Below, piece by piece: positions 16,405 through 24,205 of a stretch of DNA of 64,000 nucleotides (the stretch's first letter is position 1; every line of letters starts with the position of its first letter). The DNA is from Candidatus Sericytochromatia bacterium (GTDB lineage Bacteria > Cyanobacteriota > Sericytochromatia > S15B-MN24 > UBA4093). Made by a program: the position numbers and the translations under genes. The notes under the pieces were generated by a model. The model was not told the origin of the DNA. It did no database searches and saw only the letters and a program-made list of their open reading frames with translations. Where the stretch lies: assembly GCA_036676455.1 (NCBI GenBank), contig JAKFCW010000101.1:5211-69210 (forward strand). The letters are read 5' to 3'.

Positions 16405-17946
16405 TTGTCCAAGCTCTACGAGTGCGTCGTTCACTCGGGAAATGAATTGCGCCGGGAGTCTGTCGAAGCCGACAGCCTTCGGGACGTTCGCGCCATTCTC
16501 CGGGGACAGGGCCTCTTCCCGCTGGAGATCAAGGAGGCGAAGAAGCCGCGCCGCAACGTCATGGCCGAGCTGAAGGCCCAGCTCGCGACCGACAAGACCG
16601 AGCGCGAGGCGCTTCGCGAGAACAGCAAGCAGGCCAAGAAACGCAAGTATTACTTCGAGGCCGTTCCCGTCAACGGCGGTGAGCCGATCCAAGGGGACAT
16701 CATGGCCCCGGACATGAAGTCGGCCCGCCAGATGCTCCGGGATCAGGGGCTGAGCGTGGGACTGCTCGAGGTGAAGCAGTTCTGGCATGACTTCAAGCCC
16801 AAGGATGCCAAGGCCATGCTGCAGCTGGGGGACGAGGCGCGGGCCAAGGCCCCCAAGCGCACGGCAGCGCAGCAGTTCCAGGACCTCTTCATGCGGAAGA
16901 GGGTTCCGATGAAGGCCATGTCCTTCTATGCCCAGCAGCTGGCCACGATGCTGGATGCGGGGCTGTCGATCAACCAGACCCTCGATATCTTGCAGGAGGG
17001 CATCACGGACCCCCGGCTGATGATGATCAACCGGGAGGTCAAGCAGCGGATCATGGAGGGCGTCGGCATGGGCGAGGCGTACAGCACGTTCGACCGCTAC
17101 TTGCCGCCGATCTTCATCGACCTGATCTCCGTGGGTGAGCTCTCGGGTAACGTCGAGGAAACCTTGAAGCGCCTCTCGGAGTACTTCGAGAAGGAGCTGG
17201 AGATCCAGGCCAAGATCAAGTCCGCCCTCTCCTACCCGACCATCCTGGTGGTCCTGATCGTCCTCATCGTGATCGGAATGATGCTCTTCATCGTGCCGAG
17301 CTTCCTGGACCTCTTTGCGGAGTTCAACCTGACCTTGCCTTGGACCACGAAAACCCTGCTGGCCTCCAGCGCCTTCGTCTCCACCAAGTGGTGGACCCTT
17401 CCGCTCTTCGGCGGCGGGGCCTTCGTGGGCTGGCGCTGGTTCAGCTCCACGCGGTTCGGCTCGCTCGTCGTGGACTACTTCGAGTTCAAGGTGCCCTTGA
17501 TCGGCAAGCTCAAGTACAAGGTGCTGATTGCCAGGTTGCTTCACAACCTGGCGCTGATCCTGCGCTGCGGAGTGCCGATCATGGTCGCCCTGGATCAGGT
17601 GCGCCAGGGCGTGCAGAACCGCAACGTCGCCCTGAAGCTGGGCGAGATCCGCGCGGGCGTCGCCCAGGGCGTGCGGGTCGCCACGCTGTTCCAGGCCTCG
17701 GGGTTGTTTCCCCCGTTCATCATCCACCTGCTGGTGGCCGGCGAGGAATCGGGCTCAATCGACGGCTTGCTGGCCAAGGGAGCCAAGTACATGGACGCGG
17801 AGGTCGAGCAGGGAGTGAAGGCCATGACCACGGCCATCGAGCCCATCCTCACCGTCATGGTCGCCGGAACCGTCCTCTTCATCCTGGGCAGCCTCTACAT
17901 GCCCCTCATGGGCCTCATGGGCTCGGGAAGCAAGGTGCCGACATGA
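16405..17946 (+). CDS. Type II secretion / type IV pilus platform protein (GspF/PilC family) with duplicated N-terminal cytoplasmic domain, 513 aa
   Basis: Two T2SSF-like regions are present (FYAQQLATMLDAGLSINQTLDIL..., ARLLHNLALILRCGVPIMVALDQV...) with the usual TM segments. Two copies of the small F-Y/E-x-A...G...A...LR.QGL N-domain are present (YECVVHSGNELRRESVEADSLRDVRAILRGQGLFPLEI and YYFEAVPVNGGEPIQGDIMAPDMKSARQMLRDQGLSVGLLEV). Start codon is TTG. Confidence 0.9.
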   Translation: MSKLYECVVHSGNELRRESVEADSLRDVRAILRGQGLFPLEIKEAKKPRRNVMAELKAQLATDKTEREALRENSKQAKKRKYYFEAVPVNGGEPIQGDIMAPDMKSARQMLRDQGLSVGLLEVKQFWHDFKPKDAKAMLQLGDEARAKAPKRTAAQQFQDLFMRKRVPMKAMSFYAQQLATMLDAGLSINQTLDILQEGITDPRLMMINREVKQRIMEGVGMGEAYSTFDRYLPPIFIDLISVGELSGNVEETLKRLSEYFEKELEIQAKIKSALSYPTILVVLIVLIVIGMMLFIVPSFLDLFAEFNLTLPWTTKTLLASSAFVSTKWWTLPLFGGGAFVGWRWFSSTRFGSLVVDYFEFKVPLIGKLKYKVLIARLLHNLALILRCGVPIMVALDQVRQGVQNRNVALKLGEIRAGVAQGVRVATLFQASGLFPPFIIHLLVAGEESGSIDGLLAKGAKYMDAEVEQGVKAMTTAIEPILTVMVAGTVLFILGSLYMPLMGLMGSGSKVPT

Positions 17947-18380
17947 CGAAATCCCGAGGAATCTCGCTCCTGGAGGTCTCCCTGGCGGTCTCGGTGAGCT
18001 TGATGCTCACGGCGGGCGGAGTCTACGCCTACCGCCAGCACATGCAGTCCACCCGCGTCTCCCAGGCCAAGATCATGCTCGCGACCATGCGCCAGGGGAT
18101 CGAGATGCAACGCTACCGGACCGGGGCCTTCCCGACGGTCGCGTCGATCAGCGTGAACGTGGACGACACCGGCAGGGGGTTCTACGGCAAGGCCGGCTCG
18201 CCCTTGCGCGATCCCCTCAACCCGCCGATGGATGCGGCCGCCTTCTCGCGGATCATCGACTTGACGGCAGCCGCAACCGGCTCTCCCTGGGGAGGATGGG
18301 CGTATCATCAGGGGACGGGCTATCTTGAACCCAACCTGGATCCCGCGGCATTCCCGGGCGATCCGCCGAGTGCGTGGTAG
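17943..18380 (+). CDS. Prepilin-type pilin-like protein, 145 aa
   Basis: The ATG overlaps the upstream TGA (ATGA). MTKSR-G|ISLLEVSLAVSVSLMLTAG, with an SPWGG motif near the C-terminus. The track ORF 17340..18380 carries a spurious 5' extension. Confidence 0.8.
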   Translation: MTKSRGISLLEVSLAVSVSLMLTAGGVYAYRQHMQSTRVSQAKIMLATMRQGIEMQRYRTGAFPTVASISVNVDDTGRGFYGKAGSPLRDPLNPPMDAAAFSRIIDLTAAATGSPWGGWAYHQGTGYLEPNLDPAAFPGDPPSAW

Positions 18381-18392
18381 ACAGGAATAGGC

Positions 18393-20051
18393 ATGGGAGT
18401 GAAGAAGGTAAAACCTTTCGTTGGGCTCTACATCACGGCGGACCGCCTCGAGGCCGCCGTCGTCGGAGGCACGCCTGGCGAGCCCGTCATCGAGACGCAA
18501 TACCTGGCCGAGTTGCCGCCCGATCTGGTCGACGCGGACGGCGCCATCCAGGACGTCGCCGCCCTGGGCGCCGAGCTGAAGCGCTTCTGGAAGGAATCCG
18601 GCCTGCGCAACCGCCGGGTCGTGCTGGTCATCGACTCGCGCAAGGCCCTGCTGCGCCAGATCCGCCTGCCCAAGATGCCGATCAACAGCCTGGACCAGGC
18701 GATCCTGAGTGAGGCCGAGCAATTCGCGCTTTACCGCGACGAAGAGCCGCTGATCGACTACTTCGTGAACGAGCTCGAGCACGAGTTCATCCAGACGACC
18801 TACGGGGTGGTTCCCGAGGAGACCGTGAACGCCTACTCCAAGGCGCTCAAGACGGCGGGCCTGAACCTGATCGCCCTCGATCTCGCCCAGCTGGCGGGTC
18901 AGCGAGGCATGGAGTTCTACCACCCGCTGGAGGACGATCACTGGACGGGCGTCATGGTGCAGCCCCAGCGCCTGATCATCTCGTGCTGGATGGAGCGCCG
19001 CCTCTGGGTCATGCGCGAGATCATCCTGCCGGAGCGCATCTCCCACGACATGGCCATGCTGGCCCAGAGCTACCTGCCCAATATCGCGCACTCGGTCGCA
19101 AGTGACACCAACTCCTTCGACGATCCGCACATGGTGCTGGCCTGCGATCGCTTCGAGGACGCGCGCGTGCTGGCCGATCATGCCAAGAGCCTCCTCGAGG
19201 GCCGCATCAGCATCGCGGGCCCCGGAGAAGATTCCGACGACGACGAGGCCTCGGATCCCTGGGGCGATAGCGTCGACAGCGCCCTCGACGGAGCCTTTGG
19301 CGCGTCGGACGCGCTGGATCCCGAGGATGGCTTCGCGCTGACCGCCACGCTGCCCCAGGCGTCTCCTGGTGCGGACTCCGAGGAGGACGAGGACGGCGAG
19401 GACGACCTGGAGGACGATCTCGACGACGAGGGTCCGCAGATCTCCTATATCGCCCTGGGTGCCGCCCTCTGGGGGCGCCCTGGCGTCGTGCCCTCGCTCA
19501 ACCTCCTGCCCAAGGGCAAGTCCACTGCCAGGACGCTACCCAAGCTCGAGTTCGACCTGGATCGCCGCGTGCTGATGGGCCTGGCGGCGACCCTGCTGGT
19601 CGGCGCCGCCTTGACCGGCTGGCAGATCTGGCAGAAGGGCGAGCGCGAGGCCCAGGTGAAGATCCTGATGCGCCAGCTTGCCGACGCGCAGGTCCAGACG
19701 CAGGGCAACCAGCAGATGATGGACTCCCAGCCTCCCGAGGCAGAGCTGCTCAAGCAGTGGATCCCTCACCTGGAGGAGAACGTCTTCGCCCGCCAGTTCC
19801 TCGAGACCCTGCGCGAGACCACGCCTTCCGACGCCTGGATCTCCAAGGTCACGTACACGGCGGGCAAGGAGATGGTACTCTCGGGTGGGGCCTTAAGCCA
19901 GACCTCCTGCCTGTACTTCGCCGATCAGATCGCTGCCCTGGATCGCGTCCGCCAGGTCAAGATCCTCAAGATTGAGAAGAGCGGCGCCGCCTACACCTTC
20001 GAGATTCAAGCCGGTCTGGGCACGCAGACCGCAGGCCAGGCGCTGCCATGA
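18393..20051 (+). CDS. PilM-PilN fusion (actin-like ATPase fold + acidic linker + TM + PilN-like periplasmic domain; GspL-like architecture), 552 aa
   Basis: The N-terminus VGLYITADRLEAAVV...VVLVIDSRKALLRQIRLPKMP...AILSEAEQF is PilM-like. An Asp/Glu-rich insert follows (GEDSDDDEASD...SEEDEDGEDDLEDDLDDEG). The TM segment is VLMGLAATLLVGAALTGW, followed by a coiled coil and a C-terminal alpha/beta domain. Confidence 0.7.
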   Translation: MGVKKVKPFVGLYITADRLEAAVVGGTPGEPVIETQYLAELPPDLVDADGAIQDVAALGAELKRFWKESGLRNRRVVLVIDSRKALLRQIRLPKMPINSLDQAILSEAEQFALYRDEEPLIDYFVNELEHEFIQTTYGVVPEETVNAYSKALKTAGLNLIALDLAQLAGQRGMEFYHPLEDDHWTGVMVQPQRLIISCWMERRLWVMREIILPERISHDMAMLAQSYLPNIAHSVASDTNSFDDPHMVLACDRFEDARVLADHAKSLLEGRISIAGPGEDSDDDEASDPWGDSVDSALDGAFGASDALDPEDGFALTATLPQASPGADSEEDEDGEDDLEDDLDDEGPQISYIALGAALWGRPGVVPSLNLLPKGKSTARTLPKLEFDLDRRVLMGLAATLLVGAALTGWQIWQKGEREAQVKILMRQLADAQVQTQGNQQMMDSQPPEAELLKQWIPHLEENVFARQFLETLRETTPSDAWISKVTYTAGKEMVLSGGALSQTSCLYFADQIAALDRVRQVKILKIEKSGAAYTFEIQAGLGTQTAGQALP

Positions 20052-21211
20052 ACCAGACCGAGAAGATCCTGATCGCCGTCGCCCTCGTGCTGGCCCTGGC
20101 CGTCCCCGCGGGGATCCATTTCATGGGGGTGAAGGCTGCGGAGGGCAACCTCACGCGCCTGCGCCAGCAGATCGACCAGGCGATGCGCGATCGCGACTCC
20201 AGCGATCGCCTGCTCTCCCTGCGTCAGCAGGAATGGCAGAAGGTCACCACCGAGATCGAGCGTCTCCGGCTCTTCGACCTCCGCAAGGAGGAGCGCTACG
20301 AGACCGTGATGATCAACCGCTCGAACCTCGGGTTGATCGCCCTCTCGGAGATCTTCGAGAAGAACGGCATCGCCATCGACGCCCTGGAGCCCCAGCCCAG
20401 CGAGTACAAGCAGGTGATGATCGCCGAGGCCCCCCAGGCCGGCGTGGCGCGCCGGCGCTACGTGCTTCTGGCCCGGGGCCCCTACCAGAGCCTCTTGAAG
20501 GTCTACGACGCCCTGAAGACCCTGCCTCCCACCCTGGAGGTCAGCGGCTACGAGGTCTCCTACCTCGACTCCAGCGCCCAGCGCGCCACGGTCTCCCTGA
20601 AGCTGGATCTCGCCTTCAACTACCTGCTGACGCCCGAGCAGCTGAACCAGGCCCAGGCCGCCGAGCAGACGCCGGGCGCCGCTCCGCCGCCGCCGATCAG
20701 CTGGCATCCGGGAGAGGCGTGGAAGGTCGTGATGGACTGGGTCATGCCGCCGGCATGGGCGCAATCGCCCGCCCCGGAGAAGCTTTACACCATTCCCGTC
20801 CGCAAGACTCCGCAGATGGGACGTTCGGAGCCCTTCCTGCCGCTGGCTCCCACGGGAACCGAATCCCTGGGGGTCAAGGCCGCGCCGAAGCCCACCTTGC
20901 AGGTTGCCTTGATCGGTGTCTTGCTCGGAGGGGACGGCCTTCCCGGCGCCATTCTCAGCTCGGGCGGGCAGCGGATCCGCGTGCGGCCGGGAAGCGTCCT
21001 GCCCTCTGGAGCCGAGGTGCTGGCCATCGGGGATGGCTACGTGTTGATCCGCTATTCGGGATCCATCCACCGGGTGGGCTTGAGCCGGGACATGCGCGCC
21101 CCGGAGCCGGCGGAGCCGACTCTCGGCGTACCGAACACGCAGCCTCCTCCGATCCCGGGCCTTCCCCTCCCGGGGTCGCCCCTGGATTCCTTGTTGCCGC
21201 GTGGAGAGTGA
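20048..21211 (+). CDS. PilO-like N-terminal half fused to a PilP-like C-terminal beta domain, 387 aa
   Basis: The ATG overlaps the upstream TGA. The N-terminal TM ILIAVALVLALAV is followed by a coiled coil and a ferredoxin-like region (PilO/GspM pattern). A Pro-rich linker leads to LIGVLLGGDGLPGAILSSGGQRIRVRPGSVLPSGAEVLAIGDGYVLIRYSG (PilP / GspC-HR-like). Confidence 0.55.
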   Translation: MNQTEKILIAVALVLALAVPAGIHFMGVKAAEGNLTRLRQQIDQAMRDRDSSDRLLSLRQQEWQKVTTEIERLRLFDLRKEERYETVMINRSNLGLIALSEIFEKNGIAIDALEPQPSEYKQVMIAEAPQAGVARRRYVLLARGPYQSLLKVYDALKTLPPTLEVSGYEVSYLDSSAQRATVSLKLDLAFNYLLTPEQLNQAQAAEQTPGAAPPPPISWHPGEAWKVVMDWVMPPAWAQSPAPEKLYTIPVRKTPQMGRSEPFLPLAPTGTESLGVKAAPKPTLQVALIGVLLGGDGLPGAILSSGGQRIRVRPGSVLPSGAEVLAIGDGYVLIRYSGSIHRVGLSRDMRAPEPAEPTLGVPNTQPPPIPGLPLPGSPLDSLLPRGE

Positions 21212-21215
21212 GCTG

Positions 21216-22994
21216 ATGGAAACGAACGAACGGGCTCTGATCCCGACCAACCAGATCGAACGCCGGCAGACGCAAGACGGCCCCATCAAGAAGCTCCGCG
21301 TCGGCGAGTGGCTCAAGAGCCTCGGCTTCATCTCGGAGTTCCAGCTTTCCGAGGCCCTGACCATCCAGATGGAGACGGGCAAGAAGCTGGGTGAGATCCT
21401 GGTCGCCAAGGGCTATGTCGCCGCCAAGGAGCTGCAGGAGATCCTCAACCTGCAAGAGGTGCTATCCAGCAAGTCCACGCTCGCTGATTTCGTGGTCGAT
21501 GCGGGAATCCTGGCCATGGTGCCCGAGACCTTTGCCCGCCAGCACCTGGTCATTCCCCTGGTCAAGGTGGGCCGCCGCCTGGTCGTGGCCGTGAACCGCG
21601 CCGACGACACCAAGCTGCTCGACCATCTTTCGCTTCTGACGGGCCACTTCATGGTGCCCCTGGCCTTCCGCAAGGAGGACCTCGAGGGCGCGCTCACGAC
21701 GTTCTACGACAGCCGCCACCGCAGCAACACCAGCGCCATCGAACGGGCCATCAAGTCCGGTACCCATGAGACCGGGCAGCCGCAGCGCCAGGTCCAGGAG
21801 ATCAACGCGACCGGCAACTCCGACGCTCCGATCATCGAGCTGGTCAACGCCATGCTCTCCGAGGCGGTCGAGCGCGGGGTCAGCGACATCCACATCGAGC
21901 CCCGCGAGACCTTTATGGAGATTCGCTTCCGGATCGACGGCGTCCTCAGCAAGTACCTGGACGTTCCCAAGGCCATCGAGAACTCCGTCGCCACTCGCCT
22001 CAAGGTCCTGGGCAACATGAACATCACCGAGAAGCGCCGCCCCCAGGACGGCCGCTTTGGGGCCAGCTTCGCGAACGGCGAGAAGGTGGACTTCCGCGTC
22101 TCCTCCATCTCCACCCACTGGGGCGAGAAGCTGGTCCTGCGCCTGCTGCGCCAGAAGTCCATCGCGCTCGGCATGGAGAAGCTCGGCTTCGAGGAGGACC
22201 ATGCGAAGCTGATCGATCGCCTGCTTCACAGCCCCACGGGCATCATCCTCGTCACCGGCCCCACGGGTTCGGGCAAGACCACGACCCTATACGCGGCCCT
22301 GCAGAAGTTCGATCGCGAGACCGACTCGATCGTCACGATCGAGGACCCGGTCGAGTACCCGGTGGAGGGCATCGCCCAGATCGGCATCAACAACAAGATC
22401 GACCTCAACTTCGCCGGGGCCCTGCGCACCATCCTGCGCCAGGATCCGGACGTCATCATGCTCGGTGAGATCCGCGACCACGAGACCCTGGAGACCGCCA
22501 CCCACGCGGCCATGACCGGCCACCTGGTGCTCTCGACCCTGCACACGAACGACGCGGTCTCCACCGTGGGCCGCATCGTCGAGATGGGGATCCCCCCTTA
22601 CGTCGTCTCCTCGACGGTGATGGGAGTCATCGCCCAGCGCCTGGTCCGGAGGATCTGTCCGGGCTGCACCGAGGAGTACGAGGCCACGCCTGAGGACCGC
22701 GCCTTCCTGGGAGTCGCCCCGGATCGCCCCCTCACTCTCGCGCGCGGCAAGGGCTGCGACCTCTGCAACATGACCGGCTACAAGGGTCAGCTGGGCGTCT
22801 ACGAGATCCTCATGATCTCCCGGCCGCTTCAGGCGATCATCAACCGGGGAGGCTCGACCATGGAGCTGGCCGAGGAGGCCCACAAGGGCGGCTTCCGCAC
22901 GATGATCTTCGACGCCAAGCGCAAGGTCATCCGACGGATGACCAACGTTCCCGAGGTCATCCGCGTGCTGGGTTACGGCACCGACGGCTTCTAA
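21216..22994 (+). CDS. Type II/IV secretion assembly ATPase (GspE/PilB family), about 592 aa
   Basis: Contains an N-terminal T2SSE_N-like helix pair (LGEILVAKGYVAAKELQEILNLQ), Walker A GPTGSGKTTT, an Asp box / Walker B DPDVIMLGEIRD, a His box GHLVLSTLHTN, and a tetracysteine motif CPGC...CDLC. An alternative GTG start is at 21201. Confidence 0.92.
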   Translation: METNERALIPTNQIERRQTQDGPIKKLRVGEWLKSLGFISEFQLSEALTIQMETGKKLGEILVAKGYVAAKELQEILNLQEVLSSKSTLADFVVDAGILAMVPETFARQHLVIPLVKVGRRLVVAVNRADDTKLLDHLSLLTGHFMVPLAFRKEDLEGALTTFYDSRHRSNTSAIERAIKSGTHETGQPQRQVQEINATGNSDAPIIELVNAMLSEAVERGVSDIHIEPRETFMEIRFRIDGVLSKYLDVPKAIENSVATRLKVLGNMNITEKRRPQDGRFGASFANGEKVDFRVSSISTHWGEKLVLRLLRQKSIALGMEKLGFEEDHAKLIDRLLHSPTGIILVTGPTGSGKTTTLYAALQKFDRETDSIVTIEDPVEYPVEGIAQIGINNKIDLNFAGALRTILRQDPDVIMLGEIRDHETLETATHAAMTGHLVLSTLHTNDAVSTVGRIVEMGIPPYVVSSTVMGVIAQRLVRRICPGCTEEYEATPEDRAFLGVAPDRPLTLARGKGCDLCNMTGYKGQLGVYEILMISRPLQAIINRGGSTMELAEEAHKGGFRTMIFDAKRKVIRRMTNVPEVIRVLGYGTDGF

Positions 22995-22998
22995 GGGC

Positions 22999-23052
22999 CG
23001 TCACTCCCGTGACAGCGGGGACCACTGGATTCCCGCCTGCGCGGGAATGACG
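22999..23052. repeat. REP-like palindromic element, family 1 (double unit, diverged)
   Basis: cgtcactcccgtgacagcggggacc-act-ggattcccgcctgcgcgggaatgacg, between convergent genes. Confidence 0.8.
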
Positions 23053-23059
23053 CCACTCG

Positions 23060-24205
23060 TCACGCGGTCGGCTCGCGCCGCCGTAGCAGCCGTGCACTCC
23101 AGGCGGTGACGAGCAGCGTGGCGACCATGCCGATCAGGCCGGATTCCCAGGCCAGCATCACCGAGACGAAGTAGTCGTAGTTGAAGAGCCGAACCAGCGA
23201 GACCTTGATGGAGGTCACGTCGCCCAGGCGTGTGATCAGCAGCAGGGAGAGCGAGAGCCCGAAGTACATGAGGCCGGTGCCAATCGCGAGTGCAGGCAAG
23301 ACCTTGCGGCCTTCCCGTAGGCCGGCTTCCAGAGCGTCCTCCTGCGGGTGTTGGGTGATCGCCCGCGCTGTCACCAGGCTCGCCAAGATCAGCCCCCCGA
23401 GAGTGGTCAGGACGGACCCGGCCAGCCAGAGCTGGCGGTAGTCGAGCGTGCGGGACTGGTTGACCTGCGTGTACAACACCAGGGCATCCGGGGTCGCGAG
23501 CCCGCTGACGTGTCCGGTCGCGTAGGCGATCGCCATGACGGCAATCGTTACGACCAGCCCCGCTCCCAGGCCCAGCATGGCGGCTCGAAGTGCCGTCGAA
23601 CGCTTTTCCAGTGCGAGGCGGAGGGCGCCCAGGCCGATGGCCAGGCCAGCGAGGCCGCTCAGCGCGGCCGGAGAAACGCCGCGGATCAAGAGGGGGAGCA
23701 CGACGACGTAGAGCCCGCCGAAAACCGCGATGACCATGGCCAGGGCCTTCAGGCCTGCCTGCCGGCCGACCAGCAGCAGGGCCAGGGCGCTCAGGGCCGA
23801 AACCCAGGCCAGGGCTGGCCGGCGGTCGTAGTCGACCACCCGGTAGAGCATGCGCCCATCGGAGAGCCGGCTTTCGGCCACGATGACTCGCTCACCGAGG
23901 CGCGGATCGACATCGACGCTGGGGTTGCCGAAGAGGTAGTGCTCGACCGTGACGCGCTGGCCGTGGTGTGCGCCGCTCAGCAGCTCGACCGTCAGTGAGA
24001 GCTGGGGAGGCTCCTGGAACAGCCCGCCTGGCATTCGCGGGAGAGCGTCCGGGGCGAACGTAGCGGGGATCTCGACGATCACGCCCGATACGTAGGTTTC
24101 CGCCCCCTGGAAGAGCTGGATCGGCATGTGGGCCTGGGCCTCGCGGGGCATGAGCGCCGCGAGCAGGACGATCGCCAGGGCGATCAGGGCTCGGAGGAGG
24201 CTCAT
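23060..24205 (-). CDS. YibE/F-like integral membrane protein, 381 aa
   Basis: ATG at 24205 overlaps the upstream TGA (ATGA). The order is an N-terminal signal/TM, a ~130-aa extracytoplasmic beta domain (QLSLTVELLSGAHHGQRVTVEHYLF...YRVVDYDRRPAL), then 6-7 TM segments, which is the YibE/F arrangement. The 962-aa track ORF is a frame read-through into the upstream gene. Confidence 0.6.
   Translation of the reverse strand: MSLLRALIALAIVLLAALMPREAQAHMPIQLFQGAETYVSGVIVEIPATFAPDALPRMPGGLFQEPPQLSLTVELLSGAHHGQRVTVEHYLFGNPSVDVDPRLGERVIVAESRLSDGRMLYRVVDYDRRPALAWVSALSALALLLVGRQAGLKALAMVIAVFGGLYVVVLPLLIRGVSPAALSGLAGLAIGLGALRLALEKRSTALRAAMLGLGAGLVVTIAVMAIAYATGHVSGLATPDALVLYTQVNQSRTLDYRQLWLAGSVLTTLGGLILASLVTARAITQHPQEDALEAGLREGRKVLPALAIGTGLMYFGLSLSLLLITRLGDVTSIKVSLVRLFNYDYFVSVMLAWESGLIGMVATLLVTAWSARLLRRREPTA

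Noticed and set aside
16183-17727. A 514-aa minus-strand ORF.
   Set aside because: It is antisense to the GspF/PilC platform gene, which has unmistakable family motifs and TM segments. The antisense product is Glu/Asp/Leu/Arg/His-rich (mirroring the sense frame's abundant Leu, Val, Ile and Lys codons) and has no signal peptide, TM segment or motif.
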